DNA from: Alphaproteobacteria bacterium
Lineage (GTDB): Bacteria > Pseudomonadota > Alphaproteobacteria > UBA7985
NCBI GenBank assembly: GCA_965229645.1
Contig: OZ245893.1
Coordinates: forward strand, 534,965-598,964
Direction: 5' to 3'
DNA: 64,000 nucleotides
Part shown: in pieces, positions 44,187 to 53,379 of the stretch
Layout of the letters: each line of letters starts with the position of its first letter
Position numbering within the stretch: the first letter of the stretch is position 1
The notes under the pieces: model-generated
Told to the model about the DNA's origin: nothing
Databases searched by the model: none
The model's input: only the letters and a program-made list of their open reading frames with translations
Program-made: the position numbers and the translations under genes

Positions 44187-45455
44187 ATGTCCGACGCTGC
44201 AGCGACCGCAGATGCGCATCACGGCCCAAACCACGACTACCATCTGGTCGACCCTAGTCCTTGGCCTTTGGTAACTGCTTTTGCCGCCATGATCATGGTG
44301 ATCATGGTCGTCGTCACCTTTCAGAACAAGGGCGGCGTCTATACGGGCTACGCAGGGAATGTATGGACCGATGCGCATAGCCATGCCCTGACCGCAGCCA
44401 ACGCTTCCATTGCCGCCAAGGCCAATGATTTCACCCTGATCGACGCGGTCATGGACGGTGGCGCGCGCGATCAAGACGGCGCATTGCTCGCGCCCGTGGC
44501 GGCCCTGTGGGACGATCAAGCGGCGGCAGCTCTGGCCGATTTCAACGCAGGTGCGATGGACGAAGCCAGGGCGGTTGACGTCATCGAAGCGATTGCAGGT
44601 GCGGGCGCGGTGTCGGTCGCCGACGGGGTCATGACGGTTTCCAACACGGCTGCGATTCCTTGCGGATTGGGCAAGTTTTTGGCCTGTGACCTTTCCGCCG
44701 ACGGCGCGTTTGTGTCGGTTGGGGCGGCCTTTGGGTTTGGAATAGCGCCCTTTGTGCTCGGCCTCATGCCGCTCTTGTTCTGTATGGGCATGTGGTGGCG
44801 CGACGTCGTGCGCGAGGCGCATGTTGAGGGACATCATACGCCGATTGTGCAGCTGGGTCTGCGCTACGGCATGCTGCTCTTTATCGTCTCGGAGATTTTC
44901 TTCTTCGTCGCTTTTTTCTGGGCCTTCTTTGCCAACTCCTTGGTCGATCCCTGGCCCAGTCAGGAATTCAAAGATGCGCTGATCGCGGCGGGGAAGGACC
45001 CCGAGCTTGCGGCCTTCCATCCGCTCGGAATTCCCCTCTACAACACCGTGATTTTGCTGCTGTCGGGCACCACGGTGACGCAGGCGCACGAGGCCCTGCG
45101 TGAGGACCGGCAAGGTTCTTTTCAGGTCTGGCTAGGGATCACGGTGCTGCTGGGCATTTTGTTCACGGGCGTTCAGGTTTACGAATACACGGTCTTGCCC
45201 TTTGGTTTCGGTACCTTTGACTATGGATCGACCTTTTTCGCGGCGACGGGCTTTCACGGCTTTCATGTGGCGGTGGGCACCATCTTTTTGACCGTATGTT
45301 GGTTTCGCGCCCGCGCCCGTCAATTTACCGCCGACCATCATTTTGGGTTTGAAGCTGCGGCCTGGTACTGGCATTTTGTCGATGTTGTGTGGGTCTTTCT
45401 CTACGTGGCGATCTACTGGGGCCTGTTCGTGACCAACTCGACCTTTCACCACTAG
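44187..45455 (+). CDS. coxC: Cytochrome c oxidase subunit III with a large insertion (422 aa)
   Basis: [25 protein letters not shown] and [12 protein letters not shown] motifs. Confidence 0.93.
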   Translation: MSDAAATADAHHGPNHDYHLVDPSPWPLVTAFAAMIMVIMVVVTFQNKGGVYTGYAGNVWTDAHSHALTAANASIAAKANDFTLIDAVMDGGARDQDGALLAPVAALWDDQAAAALADFNAGAMDEARAVDVIEAIAGAGAVSVADGVMTVSNTAAIPCGLGKFLACDLSADGAFVSVGAAFGFGIAPFVLGLMPLLFCMGMWWRDVVREAHVEGHHTPIVQLGLRYGMLLFIVSEIFFFVAFFWAFFANSLVDPWPSQEFKDALIAAGKDPELAAFHPLGIPLYNTVILLLSGTTVTQAHEALREDRQGSFQVWLGITVLLGILFTGVQVYEYTVLPFGFGTFDYGSTFFAATGFHGFHVAVGTIFLTVCWFRARARQFTADHHFGFEAAAWYWHFVDVVWVFLYVAIYWGLFVTNSTFHH

Positions 45456-45515
45456 GGATCGTTGAGAAGGGGTGACGGGAAAACCGTTGACCGTGCCAAG
45501 GTTTTGAGACCGTCC

Positions 45516-46271
45516 ATGACACGCGGTGCTTTTCGCGGTTTTTTTATCTTCACGGCCTGCGTGTCGCTCGCGTGCATCGCCTTGGGGATTTGGCAGTTGC
45601 AGCGTCATACGTGGAAGGCAGGGCAAATTGCGGCTGCGAACGCTGCTGCGGACGCGCCGCCAATCTCGCTGCCCGAAGGGGCCATGCCTACGGTGCCTGC
45701 CTTCACCCGCCTGCGCCTGGAGGGTCGATTCCTCGCGGGTCGCGATGTCGTGATCCGCGGCTTTGCCGTCCAGGGCATCTCAGGCAGCCGCTTGTATGCG
45801 CCCTTTGAATTGCGCGACGGGCGGGTTCTCATTGTTCAGCGTGGTTGGACCTCGCGCGGGGGTGAGAGCTTGAACGGGGTCGCCGACCAGCAGATCCAGC
45901 AAATTGAGGGCGTTTGGCGGCCCGTAGATCCGCGCCCGTCGGGCAGCGGCCTGTTCCAGCTCGACAACGAACCCGCGCAAGATCTATGGACTCACGTTCA
46001 TCCCGCCGAAATGGCCGAGGCGTGGGGCTTGCCGAGGTTGATTTTGGGGGGCTATGTAGAATTGCGAGGGCCCGCCAGCGCAGCGGCAAATCTGTTGATC
46101 GAAGATTTTGCGCCAAACTTGTTCAACCGGCACTTGGAGTATGTGGCGACGTGGTGGTCCTTGGCGGCGGCGCTGATGGGGATTTTCGGCCTGATTTGGT
46201 GGGACCAGCGCCGTCACAGCAAGGCCCGCGCAGCAAGGACACAGGTCCAAGACCCGCGAGAAGGGCTCTAG
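45516..46271 (+). CDS. SURF1 family protein
   Basis: LGIWQLQR..WK, VQRGW and NRHLEYVATW motifs. Confidence 0.9.
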   Translation: MTRGAFRGFFIFTACVSLACIALGIWQLQRHTWKAGQIAAANAAADAPPISLPEGAMPTVPAFTRLRLEGRFLAGRDVVIRGFAVQGISGSRLYAPFELRDGRVLIVQRGWTSRGGESLNGVADQQIQQIEGVWRPVDPRPSGSGLFQLDNEPAQDLWTHVHPAEMAEAWGLPRLILGGYVELRGPASAAANLLIEDFAPNLFNRHLEYVATWWSLAAALMGIFGLIWWDQRRHSKARAARTQVQDPREGL

Positions 46272-46297
46272 TGCCAAAGACTGACTAAAGACATCGT

Positions 46298-47818
46298 ATG
46301 GCTCGTTCCACACCACCCAAGTCCTCAGCATACGAAACCCTAAAATCGCGCTGGCATGAGGCGGCGCGATTTGAGGAGATTGCGGGCCTGTTGCATTGGG
46401 ATCAGGCCGTCCTCATGCCCCAAGGCGGGGCGCGAGCGCGGGCTGATCAGCTCTCGGTCCTGGCGACCCAGGCGCACCATCTGCGCACGCAGGCGGATAC
46501 GCAAAAGCTGCTGGACGCCGCAGCCGATGAAGATTTGGACCCTTGGGATCGCCGCAATTTGTCCCTTATGCGCGATGCTTGGCGCAAGCAGGCCCTGGTT
46601 CCCGCCGCCTTGGTGGAGACGCTGACAACCACGGCCCAGGCCGCTGAAATCGCCTGGGGCCAGGCCCGCGACGCCGATGATTTCGCGCTGGTTCGGCCTG
46701 CCTTGCAGGCGAGTTTTGCGGCGACGCGGCAGCGCGCGCAACTTTTGTCCGACGCCCTCGATCAGGACCCCTATGATGTCCTGCTCGATGATTTTGAACC
46801 TGGCTTGACGCAGGCTTTGATCGATCCCGTTTTTGCCGACTATGCGGCCTTTCTGCCAGATTTTTTGGCCGCCGTCCAAGCCAAGCAGGCAAACGAGCCT
46901 GATGTCCTTCGGCCAACGGGTCCCTTTCCTGTCGATACGCAAGAAACCTTGGGGCGGGACCTTATGGGGTGTCTGGGCTTTGACTTCACCAAGGGGCGGC
47001 TCGACGTATCGCGGCACCCGTTTTGCGGCGGGCATCCCGCGGACATTCGTATGACAACCCGCTACGATCCGAACGATTTTACCTCTGCGCTCATGGGCGT
47101 TTTGCACGAAACAGGTCACGGTTTGTACGAGGCAGGTCTGCCGCAGGCGTACCTCACGCAACCCGTCGGCGCAGCGGCGGGTTTGGCGGCCCATGAGAGT
47201 CAATCGCTGCTGATGGAAATGCAGGCCTGCCGCAGCGACGCCTTTCTCGGGTTTTTGGCGGCAAAGGCTCGGGAAGCCTTTGACGGGCGCGGCGCAGCTT
47301 GGGAAACCGACAACCTAATCCGCCTCTATCGTCAAGTGCGGCCGGGAACCATTCGGGTTGACGCCGATGAAGTGACCTATCCCGCCCATGTCATGCTGCG
47401 GTACGACCTAGAGCGCGCCCTCTTCGCGGATGACCTCCGCATCGCAGACTTGCCCTCGGCCTTTGCCGATGGCTTAGCGGCGCGCTTGGGCGTTCGCCCT
47501 CAATCGGCGTTTGACGGGGTCTTGCAAGATATTCACTGGTATTCAGGCGGGTTTGGATATTTTCCCACCTATACCTTGGGGGCCATGGCGGCGGCGCAGT
47601 TCTTCGCGGCGGCGCAGAGGGACATGCCAGATCTTGACCAGGACTTGAGCCAAGGAGACTTTTCCGCCCTGCTTGGGTGGCTGCGCACCCATGTTCATGG
47701 GCAGGGATCTTTTCAGGGCACCCAAGCCATGTTGGTGGCGGCAACCGGACGCGCGCTTGACCCCGCCTGTTTTCGCAGGCACTTGCAAACCCGGTATACC
47801 AACGGCCAAAAAAGTTGA
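46298..47818 (+). CDS. Carboxypeptidase M32 (last six codons supplied by repeat copy D)
   Basis: HPF, HETGH, HESQ, IRVDAD, QDIHW and GYFPTYTLG motifs. Confidence 0.93.
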   Translation: MARSTPPKSSAYETLKSRWHEAARFEEIAGLLHWDQAVLMPQGGARARADQLSVLATQAHHLRTQADTQKLLDAAADEDLDPWDRRNLSLMRDAWRKQALVPAALVETLTTTAQAAEIAWGQARDADDFALVRPALQASFAATRQRAQLLSDALDQDPYDVLLDDFEPGLTQALIDPVFADYAAFLPDFLAAVQAKQANEPDVLRPTGPFPVDTQETLGRDLMGCLGFDFTKGRLDVSRHPFCGGHPADIRMTTRYDPNDFTSALMGVLHETGHGLYEAGLPQAYLTQPVGAAAGLAAHESQSLLMEMQACRSDAFLGFLAAKAREAFDGRGAAWETDNLIRLYRQVRPGTIRVDADEVTYPAHVMLRYDLERALFADDLRIADLPSAFADGLAARLGVRPQSAFDGVLQDIHWYSGGFGYFPTYTLGAMAAAQFFAAAQRDMPDLDQDLSQGDFSALLGWLRTHVHGQGSFQGTQAMLVAATGRALDPACFRRHLQTRYTNGQKS

Positions 47819-47991
47819 CACTTTTTTTGCCGTTTTATGTCTCACGGCAGAAACGCTTCGCGTTTCGCCTCCGACGGGGCCTTCGCTTTACCCCGAGGCG
47901 CTTTCGCGCTATTCTCGGGGCCGCTACGGGGGCCGCAGTCGCGGCCCTTATACCAGCGAACATAAGGGTCATTCTCATTTGTCGCTGGTAT
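47797..47991 (-). mobile_element. MITE-like repeat, copy D (195 bp, flanked by TA...TA)
   Basis: Reverse-oriented copy inserted in the 3' end of the M32 gene. Confidence 0.92.
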
Positions 47992-48008
47992 TATTTGGGG
48001 GGTTGTGC

Positions 48009-49418
48009 ATGAAATTTATCTCTACCCGGGGGCAGAGCCCTGCCCTAGGTTTTGAAGATACGCTCCTGTCTGGTCTCGCCCCCGACGGGGGGCTCTACTT
48101 GCCGGATGCCTGGCCGCTCTATTCCCAGAGCAATCTGTTGGAGTGGCAGCATTTGGGCTATGCAGATTTGGCGAAGGCGGTACTCGCACCTTTCATTCAG
48201 GAGGATGTGGGGGTGGACGCTTTTGCCACCCTGGTCGATCAGGCCTATGCAGGTTTTGACCATCCCGCCATCGCGCCGATGAAGCAGCTCGATCACGACC
48301 TCTGGTTGATGGAACTGTTCCATGGGCCAACCTTGGCCTTTAAGGACTACGCCTTGCAGCTGGTGGGTCGCTTGTTCGACCATGTGCTCACAAAACGTGA
48401 GCAGCGTTTGACCATCGTCGGGGCGACCAGCGGCGATACAGGTTCCGCCGCCATTGAGGGCGTGCGTGGCTGCGATGGGGCAGATATTTTTATCCTTTAT
48501 CCCGATGGCCGTGTTTCTGAGGTGCAGCGTCGCCAAATGACGACCGTGGGGGACGCCAACGTTCATTGCTTAGCAATCGACGGCACCTTCGATAGCTGCC
48601 AGGATTTGGTCAAGGCGCTGTTTGCGGACCCCAAGGCGCGGGCGGAATTGAACCTTTCGGCGGTCAATTCCATCAACTGGGCGCGGATCATGTCCCAAAT
48701 CGTCTATTACTTTTGGGCGGGTTTGCAGTTGGGTGCGCCGCAACGGGTGGTGAACTTTACCGTGCCGACGGGAAATTTCGGCAACGTTTTTGCAGGCTAT
48801 GCTGCCCGAAAAATGGGGTTGCCTATCGACTGGCTCGGCGTTGGATCGAATCGAAATGACATTTTGTATCGGTTCTTTGATAGCCAGGTCATGTCTCTGC
48901 GCGATGTGGAACCGTCGCTGGCCCCGTCCATGGATATTCAAGTCTCGTCCAATTTTGAACGCCTCCTATTCGACCTGTGCCAAGGCGATGGCGCGGCCGT
49001 CGCCAAAATTGTGACCGACTTTCGCGCCACCGGTCGCATGACCTTGCCCCACGGCGCAGCGGAGGAGGTGGCGCGGCTCTTCACGGGGTTCCGCTACGAT
49101 GACGATCAAATTCTGGCCGAGATGTCGTCGGTCCTGACCTCGTCTAGCGAAGTCCTGGATCCCCATACGGCCATTGCTTTTGCCCAGGCGCGTATTCAGG
49201 GGCAGGAGCGCGACCATTGCAATGCACCGACCGTGGCGCTGGCAACGGCGCACCCAGCAAAGTTCCCCGATGCGGTGCAGCGAGCAACGGGCCTGCACCC
49301 CGCCTTGCCCAGTCGGTTGAGCGATCTGCACGAGCGGCCCGAGCGTTTTGTGCGCCTGCCCAACGACCTCGCCGCGGTGCGCGCCCATCTCATGGCCAAG
49401 GCGCGGATCAGGGGGTAA
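48009..49418 (+). CDS. thrC: Threonine synthase
   Basis: MKFISTRG, FHGPTLAFKD, ATSGDTG, NSINWARI and ATAHPAKF motifs. Confidence 0.96.
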   Translation: MKFISTRGQSPALGFEDTLLSGLAPDGGLYLPDAWPLYSQSNLLEWQHLGYADLAKAVLAPFIQEDVGVDAFATLVDQAYAGFDHPAIAPMKQLDHDLWLMELFHGPTLAFKDYALQLVGRLFDHVLTKREQRLTIVGATSGDTGSAAIEGVRGCDGADIFILYPDGRVSEVQRRQMTTVGDANVHCLAIDGTFDSCQDLVKALFADPKARAELNLSAVNSINWARIMSQIVYYFWAGLQLGAPQRVVNFTVPTGNFGNVFAGYAARKMGLPIDWLGVGSNRNDILYRFFDSQVMSLRDVEPSLAPSMDIQVSSNFERLLFDLCQGDGAAVAKIVTDFRATGRMTLPHGAAEEVARLFTGFRYDDDQILAEMSSVLTSSSEVLDPHTAIAFAQARIQGQERDHCNAPTVALATAHPAKFPDAVQRATGLHPALPSRLSDLHERPERFVRLPNDLAAVRAHLMAKARIRG

Positions 49419-49422
49419 GCCT

Positions 49423-50715
49423 TTGACCCTCGCAAGCCTCCACCATCTGCCGAACGGCTTGCAAATCGTCCTCGACCCCGTGGCAGCGGTCGAGAGCTTG
49501 ACGCTCGGCGTTTGGATCAAGGTCGGCGCCCGCCACGAACCCAAAGCTCTCAATGGCGTTGCACACTTGCTCGAACACATGGTGTTTAAGGGGACCAAGG
49601 CCCGCAGTAGCTTTGAGATCGTCAGTCAAATTGAGGGAACGGGTGGGTCGATCAACGCCTATACGAGCCGTGAAAATACGGCCTACTACTGCCGCCTCTT
49701 GCAAGAGGACTTGGGATTGGGTTTAGACGTTTTGTCCGACGTGATCGGGGCCGCAACTCTCGATGCGGAGGATTTGGACAAGGAACGCCATGTGATCCTC
49801 TCAGAACTGCACCAGGCGCACGACACGCCCGACGACATTATTTTTGACCATTTTCAAGAAACAGCCTTTCCAGGGCAAGGGCTGGGGCGCTCCGTCCTTG
49901 GTACCGAAACCGTTTTGAATACCATAGAGGACCACGAGTTGCGCCAGTTCCGCGATCAAACCTACGGGGCCGCGGCCATGACGCTCGTGCTATCGGGGCG
50001 ATTCGATCAGGAACGGGCCTTGGATGAGATTGCGGCGCGTTTTAGCGCCTTGCCCCAGGGTCGCGCGACGCCCTTTACGCCCGGCACCTACCGCGGCGGC
50101 CAGTACGTGGATGTGCGGCAAGATTTGGAGCAATACCACGTGCTGATCGGGTGGCCTGGGGCGGCTCTAGAAGGGCCAGGGTACTATGTGCAAATGCTGC
50201 TCGCGACCATTTTGGGCGGCGGCATGTCCTCGCGTTTGTTTCAGGAAGTGCGGGAAGCACGGGGATTGGCGTACAGCGTGTCGGCCTATTTGAGCGCCTT
50301 TCAGGACTGCGGTCTCTTTACGGCCTACGCGGCGACGGAACCCGAGCAGCTCGACGAGTTGTTGCCCACCATGGCCCACGCCATGACCCAGGTCGCCCAG
50401 GATTTGGATCAGAGCGAACTAAAGCGTGCCAAGCAACTGATTCGTGCTGGCTTGCTGATGAGCCAGGAATCCACTTTGGCGCGCGCCGAATCCTACGCAG
50501 GTCAAATGCAGGTGTTTGGAAAGTTAATGAGCAACGCCCAACTGCTCGCGCCCTTGGAGGCGGTGACCGTCGATCAAGTTCGCGCCGCCGTGCCCAAGCT
50601 CCTGTCCGCGCCCATGACCCTAGCCCTGATCGGCCCGCAAGACTCGGGCTGGACAGTGGGACGAGTGGAGGCGCTGTTTCGGGACAAGTTGATCGACGCT
50701 GGCAGTTCTAAATGA
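49423..50715 (+). CDS. M16 family zinc peptidase
   Basis: HLLEH inverted zinc motif; NAYTS and GGGMSSRLFQEVRE motifs; TTG start inferred. Confidence 0.92.
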   Translation: MTLASLHHLPNGLQIVLDPVAAVESLTLGVWIKVGARHEPKALNGVAHLLEHMVFKGTKARSSFEIVSQIEGTGGSINAYTSRENTAYYCRLLQEDLGLGLDVLSDVIGAATLDAEDLDKERHVILSELHQAHDTPDDIIFDHFQETAFPGQGLGRSVLGTETVLNTIEDHELRQFRDQTYGAAAMTLVLSGRFDQERALDEIAARFSALPQGRATPFTPGTYRGGQYVDVRQDLEQYHVLIGWPGAALEGPGYYVQMLLATILGGGMSSRLFQEVREARGLAYSVSAYLSAFQDCGLFTAYAATEPEQLDELLPTMAHAMTQVAQDLDQSELKRAKQLIRAGLLMSQESTLARAESYAGQMQVFGKLMSNAQLLAPLEAVTVDQVRAAVPKLLSAPMTLALIGPQDSGWTVGRVEALFRDKLIDAGSSK

Positions 50716-50842
50716 GGGTCCCTCGAAGCGCAAGATAGCAGGTTTCGGGTCGATTGGAACAATTAGCCCTGGGAACATCTGCGCCAACAATGCCAGCGGC
50801 GGGATCAATTGACGCGTATCCTACTTCCAGGGCAATCGCACT

Positions 50843-52133
50843 TCAAAATCCTTGAATGAGTGTCTTTAAGAACTCGTTGCTCCATCCCGCGCGTTTGAAC
50901 TTGACGCGATTTGAGGACTTGTCGTTGTTAGCCTTTATGATGTTCAAAGCAATGCGCCGTAAGGCAGCAAAGTTTGCAGGTGCGTTGCCCTTTCTCGCAC
51001 GATGGAAATCCTCGTTCATCACGACATCTAGGGACCAATGTAAGCTATTTTCAATCTGCCAATGACCACGGATTAGATTGGCAGCCTCCTGAGCGTTGCT
51101 CTGCTTTGACATAAGATAAATTCGCTCTTCTTGGCTAACTTTCCCATCAATTTCACGCTTATACAACACGTGGACGAAAGCAGAAAGGTGGGGCCAATTA
51201 TGGGTTTGTGTCACATAATCTGGGACTTCATAAACTCTATAGCGGCGCTCCTCAATACGGCCGTGGTCAGCATCTGTGGAACTGTACTCATTCGCCCAAA
51301 TCGTTTGTGGGTCTGCAATAAAGGTCTGAATATCGTTCATCAATCCCTTTTGGTTGGCCTTGAGTTGTATGCAATACTCTGCACCTTGAGCGGCGATCAG
51401 TTCGCAGGTCTCGCGTTGGCAGTGCAGGGCGTCGGCGGTAAGAGTGATACCACGAATATCAAGCAAACTCACGCAGCGCTAAAATCTCACTGCCTGCCTT
51501 AGCGCTTTGAGTAATACCAAGACTTAACCGCGCCCCATGGGCAAACGCCGTGACCAGGTTAAGGTTTGACTTCTTGGCAGCTTTATCAAAGCTCCCACGC
51601 AACTCCTTACCATCAATAGCAACGGCCTTTTGCTTTTCATCAGTGTTTGCAAAATCAGCTCGAAACTTTTCAAAAAACGCCTGAAAACTGTCTGGCTTCA
51701 TCAACTGAAACAGGCGTGAAAATGCGTCGTGACTGGGTAAACCCAGAGGAAGTTCCAGAAACTCGCGCAAAAAATCCTCCTTGCTGCGAGCAAAATGTTC
51801 CATGTCAACTGCCGTTTCACCCCCACATAGGGCGCACAAAAGGCTTATCGTCATCAAGTCGCAGAACTTGTGATACCAGCGGCGAATGAGAATGACTCTT
51901 ATATTCGCTGGTATAAGGGCCGCGACTGCGGCCCCCGTAGCGGCCCCGAGAATGGCGCGAAAGCGCCTCGGGGTATAAGCGAAGGCCCCGTCGGAGGCGA
52001 AACGCGAAGCGTTTCTGCCGTGAGACATAAAACGGCCAAAAAGGTGTCAACCTTTTTGGCCGTTGGTATGACGTGGGGCATTGCTCGTTCGAGGATCATC
52101 TAACTCGTTGAAATAATTGACTAGTAAGGGCAT
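50843..52133 (-). pseudogene. ISAs1 transposase pseudogene
   Basis: DDPR, PSHDAF, AIDGK, TADALHCQ, HGRIE and HWQIENSLHW motifs; interrupted by repeat copy E and frameshifted near 51465. Confidence 0.9.
51873..52068 (+). mobile_element. MITE-like repeat, copy E (196 bp, flanked by TG...TG)
   Basis: Inserted in the transposase gene; removing it plus one TG restores ...NAPRHKFCD... Confidence 0.92.
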
Positions 52134-52210
52134 GTGTCGGCTCCATCTCGTGATGGAGACCGCCGAGTCCCTTTAGAACAAATTGTCAACTCTCAAGTGC
52201 GATTCCCCTG

Positions 52211-52615
52211 AACGAGACAGACCGCCAATCCCGCTGCGGCGACAAGGGCGTTTGGACGCCGGTCAACATCGCCCTAATGGTAGGTGGGTTCATTTTCTTC
52301 ACCCCCCTTGGCTTTGTTATTATGATCGGCCTGATCATGGGGATCAGCCCCTGGCAGCTGCCCGCGCGCATCGCCGAATGGTTCCAAGGCATGCGCGATC
52401 AGTTTGAAACGACAGGCAAGTCCTACGCGCGCGGACGGTCTGGCAACCATGTGTTTGATGAATATCAGCAAACCCAGCTGGACCGCATTGAGGAGATCAA
52501 AACCGAAGTGCGCGACCGCGACCGTCAGTTCAAAACCTTCAAAACCGACGAGCAACGCGCCAAGGACCAGCGTCAATTCGACCGGTTCATGGGCCGCGAC
52601 GGTCAGGACGACTAA
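52211..52615 (+). CDS. DUF2852 protein, 5' end abutting the IS (native start probably lost)
   Basis: WTPVNIALMVGGFIFF.PLG, SGNHVFDEY and AKD..FDRFM motifs; frame open back to the IS end; first ATG (52277) lies inside the domain. Confidence 0.75.
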   Translation, partial: NETDRQSRCGDKGVWTPVNIALMVGGFIFFTPLGFVIMIGLIMGISPWQLPARIAEWFQGMRDQFETTGKSYARGRSGNHVFDEYQQTQLDRIEEIKTEVRDRDRQFKTFKTDEQRAKDQRQFDRFMGRDGQDD

Positions 52616-52624
52616 ACCCTAAGG

Positions 52625-52651
52625 CTAGGCGGGTCGCAATGACCCGCCTAG
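52625..52651. terminator. Stem-loop after the DUF2852 gene
   Basis: CTAGGCGGGTC-gcaat-GACCCGCCTAG; no T tract. Confidence 0.5.
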
Positions 52652-52843
52652 ATAAGGACCTTGGATGCGCGGCCCAGACCGCTGTTGCCTGACGGGGAAA
52701 TTCGGCGCTGAACAGCGGTCCCCGAACGCAGGCCTCCATGGTCGATCCCGCAGCCCTCCCGCCCCAAGGGGCTCGCCTCCAAAGGAGGAGGAGCGTTCGT
52801 TGCAGGGAGAAGCCTTCCGTTCCGTCCGCTGCCCGTCAGTGAT

Positions 52844-53015
52844 GGATTCTGCGACCTCGCTTCACTCGGTTTAGAATGACATTTATCTTTGACGTCGTTG
52901 ACGTGCTGGATGCTCGCATTGCACGCCCAGGAGAAGAGCGGACCTGCGGTCGCAAAAGGCACAAGCCCTCATTCTGATGTCATCTAGCGCGCAGCGAAGC
53001 GAAGTCGCAGGATCC
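52844..53015. repeat. Inverted pair of degenerate GTCAT-type REP-like sequences
   Basis: GGATTCTGCGACCTCGCTTC...ATGACA (52844-52881) and TGTCAT...GAAGCGAAGTCGCAGGATCC (52978-53015). Confidence 0.55.
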
Positions 53016-53182
53016 CGCACTGACCGGGGGCAGGAAGTCCAGACGGCACGACCTTTGTGCCGTGCCAAACGACCCCCGACAGGTATGCCTCCAAGGGGAG
53101 GGCAGACATAAGGGTCATTTAATTTTTCCACGGGTATTTGCTATACTGAGGCCTCAGCATAAATCAAAAAACTGAAAATTGA

Positions 53183-53230
53183 CCACAAAATATGGTGTCT
53201 TTCTCACTCAAGCAATGCTACATATTGTGG
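53183..53230. promoter_or_regulatory. Tandem NrdR-like boxes
   Basis: CCACAAAATATGGTGT (53183) and ATGCTACATATTGTGG (53215); 13/16 and 12/16 matches to acaCwAtATaTwGtgt; starts 32 bp apart. Confidence 0.6.
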
Positions 53231-53379
53231 CTTGTTGATCCGAAGTTGAATTATGCTTAGGTCTCATACTCTTTATCAGCGTTCGGCTTTTCCCCGAAAG
53301 TCTGACCATTTTGAGGGGGCCTGGCTATAGTGTCCCTTGTTTGTCGTGCAGCATGAAGGCAAATGAAGTAGAAACTAAC

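Larger units (their letters stand above)
50828..52210 (-). mobile_element. ISAs1-family insertion sequence (degraded)
   Basis: Terminal inverted repeats CAGGGCAATCGCACTT and (reverse complement) CAGGGGAATCGCACTT, 15/16 identical; no matching target duplication. Confidence 0.9.

Noticed and set aside
47673-48008. N-terminal extensions of thrC (from 47673) and cysK (from 12993) in the ORF track
   Set aside because: They read through the repeat element; family-typical starts are at 48009 and 12933
51459-51480. Programmed frameshift in the ISAs1 transposase
   Set aside because: No slippery sequence; ISAs1 transposases are single ORFs; more likely a small deletion in a dead copy
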